Shown here in pieces: positions 36,836-48,916 of a stretch of DNA of 64,000 nucleotides; the first letter of the stretch is position 1; each line of letters begins with the position of its first letter. The notes under the pieces were generated by a model. That model was not told where the DNA came from. It saw only the letters and a list, made by a program, of their open reading frames with translations, and ran no database searches. Position numbers and translations under genes: made by a program. The DNA is from Synechococcus sp. (GTDB lineage: Bacteria > Cyanobacteriota > Cyanobacteriia > PCC-6307 > Cyanobiaceae): NCBI GenBank assembly GCA_047284725.1, contig JBJBEO010000001.1, forward strand, positions 448,001 to 512,000, given 5' to 3'.

Positions 36836-39800
36836 TCAGATTGCGGAATCTTTGGGGGGGTTGAGCGCTGAATTTCCTCTATACAGTGAGGCGGTGCGAA
36901 TCACTGTTGACTGAGATTTTCCAGGGCTCGTGTCCATGCCTTGGATGCGAGGGACCTCGTTTGTGTTGGAGGTCTCCGCACAAGTGAGAAGCCAGCGCGT
37001 GGCCTCTGGCTGTCCAGCGGCAGCGCGAATCTTTAGAAATTCGGCAGCTTCCGAAGGTGTGGATGCGCGTCCTAGCAGGGCTAGGGCTGCTGCGGATGCC
37101 GCCCGAAGCGGCGCCATGGTTGACAGCCGTTGTTGAAAGAGATCGCTCATGGCGACTGCCTCCACAAACCCTGAAAGGTCGAGGTCTTCATTGCGAAGTA
37201 AGGATTCGGCGCTTGTCAGTCGCTCGTTATCAAGGGGGATGCGGTTAATGAGTTGGCGATAGGTGGCCTCAATCGCAACGGTCAACTCGTCTTCGCTGAA
37301 GGGAGGGGTTAGAGCTATGGGCGAAGTGATGCCTGACCTTCTTTGGAAGCCCGTGGTGTCTTTGCTTTCAAGTGCTCTCGCTAATGGAGGCAGTGGTAGT
37401 GCAGTCGCTGGCCTGGATGCCTTGAGGGGCTTGAAGCGGACGCTTGTTTTGGCTCCAATATTTTGCTCGCTCTCTACTAAGTAGTTAGGCGAAGTAGAAG
37501 TAGCAATAGGCCTTGGAAGGCTCTCTTTCCTAGAGGCCTGAAGCTCCCTGAAACTTTGGCGACCATCCGTGGAAGGAAGTTTGATTTGTAGTAGACGGTT
37601 GACATCCTCTGCTTCACGACGTTCAAAGATTTTGCGAATGGCTGCGGATTGGCCATCGCTAGCCCTGACCTGGACGAATTCAGCTGCTTCTTTGGGGGTT
37701 GCAGCTCGTCCTAGGATTGCAAGATTGCTTGCGGCTGCAGCTCTCAAAGGAGCCATGGCGCTGAGACGTTTCTGGAATATGTTGCTCAGCGCAACAGCTT
37801 CAATAAAGCCTACAAGGGGGATTTTCTGATCTCTTAGTTGAGATTCTGCTTCAGCAAGGCGTTCATCGTCAAATGGGATTCGATTGAGGAATTGCCGATA
37901 AGTCTCATCAATTGCGGAAGATAGTGCTTCTTCGGTGAATGGTGGCTTTAATTCAATTGAGGATTTGAGGCCAACTCGTGATGCAAAGCCATTGACGTCA
38001 TTGCGCCTTAGGGCCTGAAGAATCTTTTCGCCAGGAATCTCAGGGCTAACGATCCCTCTGAACTCAACCTTGGCTTGCCACGATGGAGTTTTAGTTTTTT
38101 TGGCTTTATCGAATGTCTTTGTGAGAGCAAAAGAGGACGACTGGGTCTGGCTGTTTCTATTAGATAAGGATTCTTCCCATTTAATCTGGCCTTCTGAAGG
38201 GGGGAGATTGCGCTTTGTGAGGTCTCCGCTGGTCTTCAGTTTCTCGACAGTTTTTGTCTCAGGCCTCGAGACTTGTGTGCTAGTAACAATGTCTTCAATG
38301 TTAATAGCTTGCTTCCATGTCGGAACCCGCCTCATGTTGAGATCGGCAGGGGTGATGAATCTTTCATAGGGAACAGTGTCTTCCCCGAAGCAGTCTTTGT
38401 ACTCCTTGCTGTCGATCAGGGCATCAACGAGGCCGTAAAAGCCCTTGTGAGCTGCTGTATCGAAGAGAGCGTCAATTTCCCAGCGGCCAAATGTGGGACG
38501 ACCGAGCAACCGGCGATGCATGACTTCGATTGCTTTGGCGATATAGAGGCCGCTCCAGTAGCGACGCCGAAATGCATCAGAACTGGCCACAATGCGCACA
38601 AAGTCGCGCAAGGAAATATCACCGTTTTCAAGTCTTGCCTCGTCTGATCCCATCCGCTCGCCTGAGTAGCCTGCATTGCCAAGCACCTGCACATAAACGG
38701 CGTTAATAATCGCCTGGGTGCTCGATTCTGTGGCTCTGATACTCGGCTGGCCTCCACGACGTGGAACAGCCGCTCCCCCTGTGGCGATCTGTTGAAGTCG
38801 CATCACCCGGGGGCCAACCTTTCGGGGACGACTGGAGCGGAACTGGGCGCTGTCCATCTGGCCGGGCGACGCCATGCCATTGCTCACCAGAAGCCTTCGA
38901 CTGTCGTAGCCGTAGGGAGCAGGGCGTGTGCTGACCGATGCTGTCCCGCTCGGGAAAATGGCTCCGTACTGGTTGCCGATCGGATCGTTGCCGCCGCCGT
39001 ACACGTGCTGATCGGCGAGGGGCTGACGGTAGGAGGCGTAAAGGGTGACGTACTGGGGGGCGCCGTCGAAGGGGGCGCTGAACCTGAACAGTTTCCGGTT
39101 GGAGCCCCAGCCGGCACTCTCCTGGGCTTCCTCACCCAGATCCCGCAGGAAGGGCACGGTCTCCTCACCGAAAGTCTGGGCGTACTCCGCTGAGTTGACC
39201 AACACATCGATGAGCCCGTTGAGGCCCTGATCACTGAGGATCGCGAATCCCGACTTGAATTCTTCGAGGGAACTGATCCCTCGGCCAAGGAAATGGCGAT
39301 AGGCGAGTTCAACAACGCGACTGTTGACGAAGCGATCGTGGAACTGCTGCCTGTATTCCTTGCACCGACCGAGGGCACGGATGAATTCGCGCATGGAGAG
39401 CTTCCCTTGCACAAGCTGGGAGGCTTCCGATGCACAAGGCATCTGGGAGTAGCCCTTGGCAATGTCCCGTTCGAAAACCTGGCGGTAGGCCGCGCGAACG
39501 ATCTCCTGACGTTCGTTGCCGCTCATCCCGGGCTTGATGCTGTAGCGCTGGGATTGCCCCTGAGCTGCCAGCGCGTAGATCGCAGGAAGCTGGAGTCCCT
39601 GGCGCTGTGCGCTGCCGAGTTTCTGGCGCGCTGACGGCGTCGCGACAGCCAACTCCTTCAGCAGCACATTGAAGCAATCGATCGCCATGCGTCTGGCTTC
39701 AGGACGGTCGCGAAGCAGTGAGGCTGCTGCAGCTCGCATTTCCTGCAGGGCCACATTGGTCGCTGCAAGCGAGCAGCCTTTTTCAAGAACATCCCGGAGC

Positions 39801-40384
39801 CCACGCGTATTCACGGACAGGATGCTGGGGTCACCCGCCACAAGGGAGTAGCCCACATAGCGGAGAAACCAGCCAAGATCACGGACGGATTTGCGCATTC
39901 GCGCCGGTCCGTATTTGGCCACACTGATCGGCGAGAAGCCTGTCGGAAGAACCACCCGCACATCGGCATCTTCACTGTTCCCGCGGAGAAGACGCGTCAG
40001 CGCGTTTCCGGTCTGGACTGACGCGCTCGACCCGGTGAACGTTTCCACAGAGCGCTGGAAAGCCAGCTGGTCAGCGGCCAGGACAGTTCCGTCGCCCTGG
40101 TTGGATTCGCCGCGTGTGAGGGGCGATTCCAGAAAGGAGAGCGGAGTGCCGCCGGCAAAAATTCTGTTGGCTGCCCTGGCAACAATGGCCTCGGCGTTCT
40201 CGGCCAGGATTTCCGCTGCCTGGAGACGGTCCTGGCCGCTACGGAAAAACGTGATGAGATTGTCAAGCTCGCCGACATCAGGGAAGCGGTCTTGCTGTTC
40301 AGCCTGACGAACGCTCGAGAGAGGCAGGGTGTCGAAGAGCTGAGGCGAGACCCTTGGGCTGCCGCTGCTGGCGGTCACGGTCAT
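36836..40384 (-). CDS. apcE: Phycobilisome core-membrane linker LCM (1182 aa, four REP domains)
   Basis: N-terminal phycobilin domain (AEQQDRFP, MRKSVRDLGWFLRY, chromophore Cys in LEKGCSLAAT) followed by four linker repeats (AAYRQVF, AVYVQVL, ETYRQFL, ATYRQLI). Confidence 0.97.
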   Translation of the reverse strand: MTVTASSGSPRVSPQLFDTLPLSSVRQAEQQDRFPDVGELDNLITFFRSGQDRLQAAEILAENAEAIVARAANRIFAGGTPLSFLESPLTRGESNQGDGTVLAADQLAFQRSVETFTGSSASVQTGNALTRLLRGNSEDADVRVVLPTGFSPISVAKYGPARMRKSVRDLGWFLRYVGYSLVAGDPSILSVNTRGLRDVLEKGCSLAATNVALQEMRAAAASLLRDRPEARRMAIDCFNVLLKELAVATPSARQKLGSAQRQGLQLPAIYALAAQGQSQRYSIKPGMSGNERQEIVRAAYRQVFERDIAKGYSQMPCASEASQLVQGKLSMREFIRALGRCKEYRQQFHDRFVNSRVVELAYRHFLGRGISSLEEFKSGFAILSDQGLNGLIDVLVNSAEYAQTFGEETVPFLRDLGEEAQESAGWGSNRKLFRFSAPFDGAPQYVTLYASYRQPLADQHVYGGGNDPIGNQYGAIFPSGTASVSTRPAPYGYDSRRLLVSNGMASPGQMDSAQFRSSRPRKVGPRVMRLQQIATGGAAVPRRGGQPSIRATESSTQAIINAVYVQVLGNAGYSGERMGSDEARLENGDISLRDFVRIVASSDAFRRRYWSGLYIAKAIEVMHRRLLGRPTFGRWEIDALFDTAAHKGFYGLVDALIDSKEYKDCFGEDTVPYERFITPADLNMRRVPTWKQAINIEDIVTSTQVSRPETKTVEKLKTSGDLTKRNLPPSEGQIKWEESLSNRNSQTQSSSFALTKTFDKAKKTKTPSWQAKVEFRGIVSPEIPGEKILQALRRNDVNGFASRVGLKSSIELKPPFTEEALSSAIDETYRQFLNRIPFDDERLAEAESQLRDQKIPLVGFIEAVALSNIFQKRLSAMAPLRAAAASNLAILGRAATPKEAAEFVQVRASDGQSAAIRKIFERREAEDVNRLLQIKLPSTDGRQSFRELQASRKESLPRPIATSTSPNYLVESEQNIGAKTSVRFKPLKASRPATALPLPPLARALESKDTTGFQRRSGITSPIALTPPFSEDELTVAIEATYRQLINRIPLDNERLTSAESLLRNEDLDLSGFVEAVAMSDLFQQRLSTMAPLRAASAAALALLGRASTPSEAAEFLKIRAAAGQPEATRWLLTCAETSNTNEVPRIQGMDTSPGKSQSTVIRTASLYRGNSALNPPKDSAI

Positions 40385-40543
40385 GAACGAATCAAGCCAG
40401 ATCGGGTCACATTACGGCTCGCGAGATGGGCATCCGGGCTGGCATGAACAAATATTTGCAGGGAGACGCTGTAGGGGGCTGACAGGGGTCTGAGCCATGA
40501 AATGCTCGGCTCCATCCCCCGCCCCCACGCCTCCTTTTGACCC

Positions 40544-41749
40544 ATGTCCCATGCCTCCAGCGATGCGGCGACCCCTGTTGTAAGCGCCTTCTACGACCGA
40601 TTCCCTTACCCGGGGGACCCGCTGCAGGATGGCCCTCCGCCCGGATACAACTGGCGCTGGAATCTCAGAAGTGTGGATCAGGCCGTCTTTGGTCGGGTCA
40701 GTGACTCCCGTGCAGCCGGCAGTCCGCTGAAAATCCTTGATGCAGGTTGCGGCACGGGCGTCACCACCGATTATCTGTGCCACCTGAATCCGGGTGCCGA
40801 GGTCCTTGCTGTGGATATCAGCCCCGGAGCCCTCGATGTGGCGCGGGAACGTCTCAGCCGGTCCGGTGGCTCGGAGGTGGTGTCGTCACTGCGGCAGGAG
40901 CAGCGCAGCCTTCTGGATCTCGAGGGGGAGGGCCCCTTCGATTACATCAACTCCGTCGGCGTTCTCCATCATCTCGATGATCCGTCTGCGGGGCTGCAGG
41001 CGCTTGGCCGTCTCCTTGCTTCTGATGGGTTGCTGCATCTGTTCCTCTACGCCGATTCCGGTCGTTGGGAGATTCACCGCGTGCAGCGAGCGCTGACCAG
41101 GCTCAAGGTCGGCAGTTCTGCCGATGGCCTGCGCCTGGGGCGAGACCTGTTCAGCCATTTGCCCGCTGACAACCGGTTGCGGCGCCACCACGAGCAGCGA
41201 TGGGCAGTCGACTGTGCGGCGGATGCCAATTTCGCAGACATGTATCTCCACCCCCAGGAGACCAGCTACGACCTCCGCGGCCTGATGCGCTACATCGCTG
41301 ACTCGGGACTGCACTTCGCAGGGTTCTCCAATCCACAGGTCTGGGATCCAGCCCGTCTGCTGCAGGGGGAGCTTCTCGAACGGGCACTGGCCCTGCCTGA
41401 ACTGGATCAATGGCTGCTGGTCGAAGAACTTGATCCCGACATCAGCCATTTCGAGTTTTTCGTCAGTCAGCGGCCGGTGCACCGGCAGTTGTGGTCAGAC
41501 GATCAGCCCCTTCTGGAGGCCACCGCTGAGCGTCAACCCTGCCTCTGGGGCTGGCCTTCGTCCAACATGCTCGGACCGGATCTGGAGCCACTTAAAGTTG
41601 AGCCCAGGGCATTGGAACTGCTCAGGGCGATTGATCAGCACCCTGGAACTCCAATGGGCGAGCTTGGTTTCGGCGACGACACCGTGATCCTGGCGAGGAG
41701 TCTGATGCGGCAACGCCTGCTTCTCCTCTATCCAGCTCCCGGGTTGTAA
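40544..41749 (+). CDS. Class I SAM-dependent methyltransferase
   Basis: ILDAGCGTG, VLAVDIS, FDYINSVGVLHHL, FADMYLHPQE. Confidence 0.9.
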   Translation: MSHASSDAATPVVSAFYDRFPYPGDPLQDGPPPGYNWRWNLRSVDQAVFGRVSDSRAAGSPLKILDAGCGTGVTTDYLCHLNPGAEVLAVDISPGALDVARERLSRSGGSEVVSSLRQEQRSLLDLEGEGPFDYINSVGVLHHLDDPSAGLQALGRLLASDGLLHLFLYADSGRWEIHRVQRALTRLKVGSSADGLRLGRDLFSHLPADNRLRRHHEQRWAVDCAADANFADMYLHPQETSYDLRGLMRYIADSGLHFAGFSNPQVWDPARLLQGELLERALALPELDQWLLVEELDPDISHFEFFVSQRPVHRQLWSDDQPLLEATAERQPCLWGWPSSNMLGPDLEPLKVEPRALELLRAIDQHPGTPMGELGFGDDTVILARSLMRQRLLLLYPAPGL

Positions 41750-41760
41750 CGAGTAGGCGC

Positions 41761-42186
41761 GTGATAGATTCCGCGCGCTTTCTCAGGTGCAGTTTGCAGG
41801 CGTCGCCTACCACTGGTCTGGATGGGGAAATCTCTTCCCCAGACAACGGTATGGGGGACTTCAGACGACTGCAACAGCGCTTGATGCAGGCCACCCTCAT
41901 CGTTACCGCTGTTGCCGTTCCCGTAGCAGCCATCGGTTTCGACTTTCATGTGGCCTGCAGCCTGTTGGTTGGAGCTCTTGCAGGTGTTCTGTACCTGCGT
42001 CTCCTGTCCCGCAGCGTGGCCCGGCTCGGTGGAGGGTCACGTCAGGTTGGCCGTTTTCAGCTGGTGGTTCCGATTCTCTTGATCGTTTCAGCAGCTCGTT
42101 TCCCCCAGCTTGATCTCCTCCCCGCATTCGTGGGTTTTCTTCTCTACAAGCCCGCCTTGATTCTTCAGACCGTCCTTGACGGCTGA
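41761..42186 (+). CDS. atpI: ATP synthase protein I (Atp1/UncI)
   Basis: Hydrophobic; YLRLLSRSV...[10 protein letters not shown]; first gene of the atp operon. Start uncertain (41761, 41794 or 41851). Confidence 0.88.
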   Translation: MIDSARFLRCSLQASPTTGLDGEISSPDNGMGDFRRLQQRLMQATLIVTAVAVPVAAIGFDFHVACSLLVGALAGVLYLRLLSRSVARLGGGSRQVGRFQLVVPILLIVSAARFPQLDLLPAFVGFLLYKPALILQTVLDG

Positions 42187-42211
42187 ATCCGCGCACTCCC
42201 CTCCTGCATTC

Positions 42212-42937
42212 ATGGCTTTGCTGCCTTTCTCACTGCCGTTCGCCGAACTGGAGGTTGGCCACCATCTGTATTGGCAGATCGGCAACCTCAATCTGCACGG
42301 CCAGGTTTTCCTGAGCTCCTGGATTCTGATTGGTGTTCTGCTCGCTCTCGTGCTTGTGGGCACCCGAAAACTTGATCGGGATCCCAGAGGTGTCCAGAAC
42401 CTTCTCGAGTTCATGTGGGATTACCTGCGCGATCTTGCCCGTGATCAGATCGGTGAGAAGTATTACCGCGAGTGGCTTCCCTTCATCGGCACCCTCTTCC
42501 TGTTCATCTTCGTCAGCAACTGGGGTGGTGCCCTCATCCCCTGGAAGGTGATTGAGCTTCCCGAAGGAGAACTCGGCGCTCCCACTGCCGACATCAACAC
42601 CACGGTGGCGATGGCTCTTTTGGTGTCACTGGCCTATTTCTATGCCGGACTCAGCAAGAAGGGTCTTCGCTTCTTCGAGCTGTACGTGGAGCCGACCCCC
42701 ATCATGCTCCCGTTCAAGATCATCGAGGAGTTCACGAAGCCTCTCTCGCTCTCCTTCCGTCTTTTCGGAAACATCCTTGCCGATGAACTCGCAGTCGGTG
42801 TGCTCGTCTATCTCGTGCCCCTGATTGTTCCCCTGCCCGTGATGCTTCTGGGTCTTTTCACCAGTGCCATCCAGGCTCTTATCTTCGCGACTCTTGCCGC
42901 CTTCTACATCGGCGAAGGTCTCCACGAATCGCATTGA
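42212..42937 (+). CDS. atpB: F0 subunit a
   Basis: [37 protein letters not shown]. Confidence 0.98.
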   Translation: MALLPFSLPFAELEVGHHLYWQIGNLNLHGQVFLSSWILIGVLLALVLVGTRKLDRDPRGVQNLLEFMWDYLRDLARDQIGEKYYREWLPFIGTLFLFIFVSNWGGALIPWKVIELPEGELGAPTADINTTVAMALLVSLAYFYAGLSKKGLRFFELYVEPTPIMLPFKIIEEFTKPLSLSFRLFGNILADELAVGVLVYLVPLIVPLPVMLLGLFTSAIQALIFATLAAFYIGEGLHESH

Positions 42938-42972
42938 CCAGCAGACATCTCCCTCGACCCCTCGTCTGCTAA

Positions 42973-43046
42973 AACCTTCTGCGCGCAGGTCCGGTCATCA
43001 GAAATCGGGCCCACTTTCTTTAGAGATGGTGTCCCTGCGCAGGGTG
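42973..43046 (+). ncRNA. ATPC cis-regulatory RNA motif between the subunit a and c genes
   Basis: Closing stem GCGCAGG (42983-42989)/CCTGCGC (43034-43040) encloses two smaller hairpins. The position matches the known picocyanobacterial ATPC motif. Confidence 0.72.
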
Positions 43047-43047
43047 A

Positions 43048-43353
<306 letters not shown>

Positions 43354-43361
43354 TGACAGCT

Positions 43362-43392
43362 GGGGGGCGTCCGTCTTGACGGTTCGCTCCCC
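43362..43392 (+). other. Stem-loop immediately downstream of the subunit c gene
   Basis: GGGGGGCG-T-CCGTC-TT-GACGG-TT-CGCTCCCC. Confidence 0.65.
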
Positions 43393-43440
43393 TTCTGACT
43401 CTCGTCGCACTCTTTCGCTCCTCTCCAGCTCACCTCTTCC

Positions 43441-43908
43441 ATGACCTGGCTTCTGTTCGCTGAAGCGGCAGTTCCGGAGGGAGGTCTTTTTGACCTCGAC
43501 GCCACCCTGCCTCTGATGGCACTTCAGGTGGTTCTCCTGACCTTTCTGCTTAATTCCCTCTTCTTCCGTCCGGTCGGCAAGGTCGTCGAAGAACGTGAGG
43601 GGTATATCTCAACCAGCCGTGCCGATGCCAAGCAGAAGCTTGCTCAGGTTGAACGTCTGGAGGCTGACCTGACGGAACAGCTGCGCGAAGCCCGCCAGGC
43701 TGCGCAGTCAGCCATCGTCGAAGCCGAGCAGGAAGTCGACAAGTTGTACCGCGAGGCCATTGCCGCTGCCGAAGCAGAGGCCAATCGCACCCGTGAAAAG
43801 GCGCGCCGTGAGATCGAATCTCAGCGTGAGGCCGCTCAGAACCAGCTGATGTCCAAGGTTGATCAGCTCAGCGCTCAGATCATCCAACGTCTGATGGCCG
43901 TTTCATGA
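43441..43908 (+). CDS. atpF2: F0 subunit b'
   Basis: [14 protein letters not shown]...[13 protein letters not shown] followed by a coiled coil (called atpG in cyanobacterial nomenclature). Confidence 0.95.
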   Translation: MTWLLFAEAAVPEGGLFDLDATLPLMALQVVLLTFLLNSLFFRPVGKVVEEREGYISTSRADAKQKLAQVERLEADLTEQLREARQAAQSAIVEAEQEVDKLYREAIAAAEAEANRTREKARREIESQREAAQNQLMSKVDQLSAQIIQRLMAVS

Positions 43909-44426
43909 TGACCGTTCTCAATCTCTTCGCCGCTGAAGGCGGTTTCGCGATCAATCTCAATCCCCTTGAGACCAATCTGATCAATCTGGTCATTGTGATC
44001 GGCGTTCTGGTCTATTTCCTCAAGGGCTTTCTCGGCGACATGCTGGATCGCCGGCGTCAGTCAATCCTCAAGGAACTGGACGACGCTCAGGCTCGGTTGA
44101 AAGCAGCATCGACTGACCTTGCCAAGGCCCAGTCCGATCTGGCAACCGCTCAGCAGAAAGCTGAAAAAATTCGCGAGGACGGCAAGGCCCGCGCTGCTGC
44201 CATCCGCGCTGATGGTGAGAAGCGCACCATTGAGGCGATGGCGGCCCTCAAGGAAGATGCCCTGGCCGACCTCAATGCCGAGGGCGCTCGCCTTACGGAA
44301 GAACTGCGTCGTCAGGCTGCTCTGGCCGCCATCGACAAGGTGATGTCCGACCTGCCCGCTCGGCTCGATGACAAGGCTCAGGCCAAGATCATCGATGCCT
44401 CCATCTCAAACCTGGAGGGTTCCTGA
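43905..44426 (+). CDS. atpF: F0 subunit b
   Basis: [19 protein letters not shown] followed by a coiled coil. Confidence 0.96.
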   Translation: MMTVLNLFAAEGGFAINLNPLETNLINLVIVIGVLVYFLKGFLGDMLDRRRQSILKELDDAQARLKAASTDLAKAQSDLATAQQKAEKIREDGKARAAAIRADGEKRTIEAMAALKEDALADLNAEGARLTEELRRQAALAAIDKVMSDLPARLDDKAQAKIIDASISNLEGS

Positions 44427-44974
44427 TGCCTCTGCTCAATTCCCTGGCAACCCCATACGCCGAAGCCCTACTTCAGGTCACGGATGCAAGGTCTGAGTCT
44501 GACGATGTGGCTGCTCAATGCAAGGATCTGCTTTCACTCTGGTCCGACTCGGAGACCTTCAGGGATGCGATGACCTCGCCTGTCCTCGAACCTGATGCCA
44601 AGAAGAAAGCGCTCAGCGCTCTTCTTGGTGAATCGCTCAAGCCTTCCCTGATGAACCTGCTCAAGGTTCTGGCTGATCGTCAACGCCTTGTTGCGTTCGA
44701 TGCCGTTCTCACCCGTTTTCTTGAGCTGTACAGGCAGTCCCGCCAGGTGTCCCTGGCGAAGGTTGCAACGGCCCAACCCCTTTCTGAGGAGCAGCAGGCT
44801 GCCCTCACCAAAAAGGTTCAAGCGATGGTCGGCAAGGGCTCCGTTGAGATGGATCTCTCCGTTGACCCTTCCCTGATCGGTGGTTTTGTCGTGAATCTGG
44901 GATCCCAGGTCATCGACGCCAGCCTTTCCGGCCAGGTCCGTCGCCTTGGTCTGGCGCTTGCGAAAGCGAGCTGA
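44426..44974 (+). CDS. atpH: F1 subunit delta
   Basis: LATPYAEAL...VDPSLIGGFVV...IDASL. Confidence 0.97.
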   Translation: MPLLNSLATPYAEALLQVTDARSESDDVAAQCKDLLSLWSDSETFRDAMTSPVLEPDAKKKALSALLGESLKPSLMNLLKVLADRQRLVAFDAVLTRFLELYRQSRQVSLAKVATAQPLSEEQQAALTKKVQAMVGKGSVEMDLSVDPSLIGGFVVNLGSQVIDASLSGQVRRLGLALAKAS

Positions 44975-46552
<1,578 letters not shown>

Positions 46553-46565
46553 GAGGGGTTCATTC

Positions 46566-47516
46566 ATGGCAAATCTCAAGGAGATCAGAGACCGAATCAA
46601 ATCGGTCAAAAACACCCGCAAGATCACTGAGGCCATGCGTCTCGTGGCGGCCGCCAAGGTCCGCCGCGCTCAGGAGCAGGTTCTGCGCAGTCGTCCTTTC
46701 GCGGACCGTCTTGCCCGCCTGCTGGAAAACCTGCAGGCACGCATGCGCTTCGAAGATGCTGATGCTCCTCTTCTCGAGCAGCGCAGTCTCGACAACATCA
46801 CGTTGGTCGCGGTCACCGGTGACCGCGGTCTTTGCGGCGGCTACAACACCAACATCATCAAGCGCACCGAGCAGCGTTTCGCTGAACTCAAGGCACAGGG
46901 CTACAACGTTGACCTGGTACTGATCGGTCGTAAGGCGATCAGCTATTTCACCAACCGCAGTTACCCAATTCGGGCCACCTTCACCGGTCTGGAGCAGGTT
47001 CCGACGGCCGATGAAGCCGGTTCGATCGCCAATGAAGTGTTTGCGGAGTTTCTTTCCCAGAGCACAGATCGGGTTGAGATCATCTTCACAAAGTTCATCA
47101 ATCTGGTGAGCTGCAAGTCTGTTGTTCAGACCCTCCTTCCTCTGGATCCTCAGGGGATTGCAGTGGCAGACGATGAAATCTTCCGACTCACCACCAAAGA
47201 AGGCCAGCTTCGTGTCGAATCCGGATCAGGTCCTGCCAATGCCCAGCCGTCGGTTCCTTCTGACATCGTGTTTGAGCAGAGTCCTGAGCAACTTCTGAAC
47301 GCTCTACTTCCTTTGTATCTTCAGAACCAGTTGTTGCGTTCTCTACAGGAATCCGCAGCCTCTGAGCTCGCCAGCCGGATGACGGCCATGAACAATGCCA
47401 GCGACAACGCCAAGGCTCTCGCCAAGGAATTGACTCTGGATTACAACAAGGCCCGTCAGGCTGCGATTACCCAGGAGATTCTTGAAGTCGCCGGTGGTGC
47501 AGCGGCTGTGGGGTGA
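46566..47516 (+). CDS. atpG: F1 subunit gamma
   Basis: [33 protein letters not shown]. Confidence 0.99.
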   Translation: MANLKEIRDRIKSVKNTRKITEAMRLVAAAKVRRAQEQVLRSRPFADRLARLLENLQARMRFEDADAPLLEQRSLDNITLVAVTGDRGLCGGYNTNIIKRTEQRFAELKAQGYNVDLVLIGRKAISYFTNRSYPIRATFTGLEQVPTADEAGSIANEVFAEFLSQSTDRVEIIFTKFINLVSCKSVVQTLLPLDPQGIAVADDEIFRLTTKEGQLRVESGSGPANAQPSVPSDIVFEQSPEQLLNALLPLYLQNQLLRSLQESAASELASRMTAMNNASDNAKALAKELTLDYNKARQAAITQEILEVAGGAAAVG

Positions 47517-47540
47517 TAGCTCTTTCAAGTGATTGCATCC

Positions 47541-47568
47541 AGCCGGCCTCGAAAAGGCCGGCTTTTTT
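47541..47568 (+). terminator. Intrinsic terminator of the atp operon
   Basis: AGCCGGCCT-CGAAA-AGGCCGGCT followed by TTTTT. Confidence 0.9.
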
Positions 47569-47645
47569 GTTGCTTGGTCCACCAGTTTTGTCCGATCTCC
47601 TTGAAAGGGCAGGCGAGATGATGACATCAACGCTGTGATTCTCCT

Positions 47646-48347
47646 GTGGAACTGCACTCCCTGTTCCCCACGGTGGTGGCGACGGATCGTCTTCGCCTCG
47701 ATCCTTTGGACACAGCTGCTCAACTCCAGACCCTGTTCAGGCTGCGAGGCGACCAACTCAGCAATCCGGATCCTGGCTGTGCCTGGACTGGTGACCTCAA
47801 TGGTGTGTGGCAGGTGCATGAACTTCCCGATCTGCAGCCCCTTGCAGGCCAAGTGATTCGCAAGGTGTGGGGTTACCTCGACGCAACGGGGTTTGATTGC
47901 CAACAGGTGGATCTTCATCTGCAGCGTTCTTGGCCCGTGTTCAGCGACTTTGGTCAGGTGGTGGGGCGTCATCACCACCCCAATGCCCATCTCAGCGCCG
48001 TGTTGTACCTGAGTGGTGCCGGTTGTGGCGATGAGGGTGCTTTATGTCTGCATGCACCCCATCAGCTCAATGAATTAGTGCCGGGATTGGCGGTTGGTCT
48101 GAATGGTCCGATTGCATCGAATCATCCGTTCAACCAAACGCATTGGACCCTTGCGCCCGAGCCTGGGCTGCTGGTGCTGTTCCCTTCACAGCTGCATCAC
48201 AGTGTGCTTAAGAACATCGATGAGGAGTCCTTGCGGATCTCCATCAGCTTTGACTTCGTGCTCACCGCCAGGGCGTCACAACCTCCACCGGAGTATCTGT
48301 CGCCCCATCCACACCAATGGCATCGGTGTCAGAGGCTGATGCCCTGA
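47646..48347 (+). CDS. Putative 2OG-Fe(II) oxygenase (TIGR02466-like)
   Basis: LFPT start, HHHPNAHLSAVLYL, LVLFPSQLHHSV, RISISFD. Confidence 0.82.
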   Translation: MELHSLFPTVVATDRLRLDPLDTAAQLQTLFRLRGDQLSNPDPGCAWTGDLNGVWQVHELPDLQPLAGQVIRKVWGYLDATGFDCQQVDLHLQRSWPVFSDFGQVVGRHHHPNAHLSAVLYLSGAGCGDEGALCLHAPHQLNELVPGLAVGLNGPIASNHPFNQTHWTLAPEPGLLVLFPSQLHHSVLKNIDEESLRISISFDFVLTARASQPPPEYLSPHPHQWHRCQRLMP

Positions 48348-48380
48348 GAGGATGCCCACTTCCCGGACGTCCCCAAACGG

Positions 48381-48716
48381 ATGAGCGACACGACCACCGC
48401 CAGCTACGCCATCACAGTTGAGCTGGATGGTCAGCAGCACGCATTCCAGTGCAAGGCCGATCAAACCGTTCTTGCTGCTGCTGAGGCGGCTGGTGTGGAG
48501 ATACCCAGCTCTTGCTGTGCGGGTGTGTGCACCACCTGTGCTGCTCGGATCACTGATGGCCAGGTGCATCAGCCTGATGCCATGGGTGTGAAGGAGGAAC
48601 TTCGCAAGGATGGCTTTGCCTTGCTCTGCGTCTCGTTCCCCCGCTCCGATCTCAAGGTGATTGCCGGCCAGGAAGATGCTTTGTACGAAGCGCAGTTTGG
48701 TCAATACCAGAAGTGA
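48381..48716 (+). CDS. 2Fe-2S plant-type ferredoxin (Fed3/FdC1-like)
   Basis: SCCAGVCTTC...LLC and C-terminal EDALYEAQFG. Confidence 0.92.
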   Translation: MSDTTTASYAITVELDGQQHAFQCKADQTVLAAAEAAGVEIPSSCCAGVCTTCAARITDGQVHQPDAMGVKEELRKDGFALLCVSFPRSDLKVIAGQEDALYEAQFGQYQK

Positions 48717-48916
48717 AGCTGGCGTCGCATCGATTCCTTTGGCATTGGCCCGAAGGTCTGCCTGTGGCGTCCTTGCGTCCTTGGTTGCTGAAGCAACTCA
48801 GGGCCGAGGGTGATCCGCTGCGTTGGGCAATCACCGGTCTCAAGCAAGCGCCTTCGGGGGGCGGTCGGTTGGTGCAGGTTGAAGCGGTGCTTGTCAGTTC
48901 TGCGCCAACCCAGTGA
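48713..48916 (+). CDS. Hypothetical protein (67 aa)
   Basis: LRAEGDPLRWAIT...VEAV; overlaps both neighbouring genes. Confidence 0.75.
   Translation: MKLASHRFLWHWPEGLPVASLRPWLLKQLRAEGDPLRWAITGLKQAPSGGGRLVQVEAVLVSSAPTQ

Noticed and set aside
36657..36914. 85-aa plus-strand ORF in the apcA-apcE spacer
   Set aside because: Runs through the terminator hairpin and overlaps apcE antisense; composition just reflects A/T runs.
36640..40460. RpaB HLR1-like direct repeats upstream of apcA (about 36642) and apcE (about 40444)
   Set aside because: Matches too degenerate to support without a position-weight-matrix scan.
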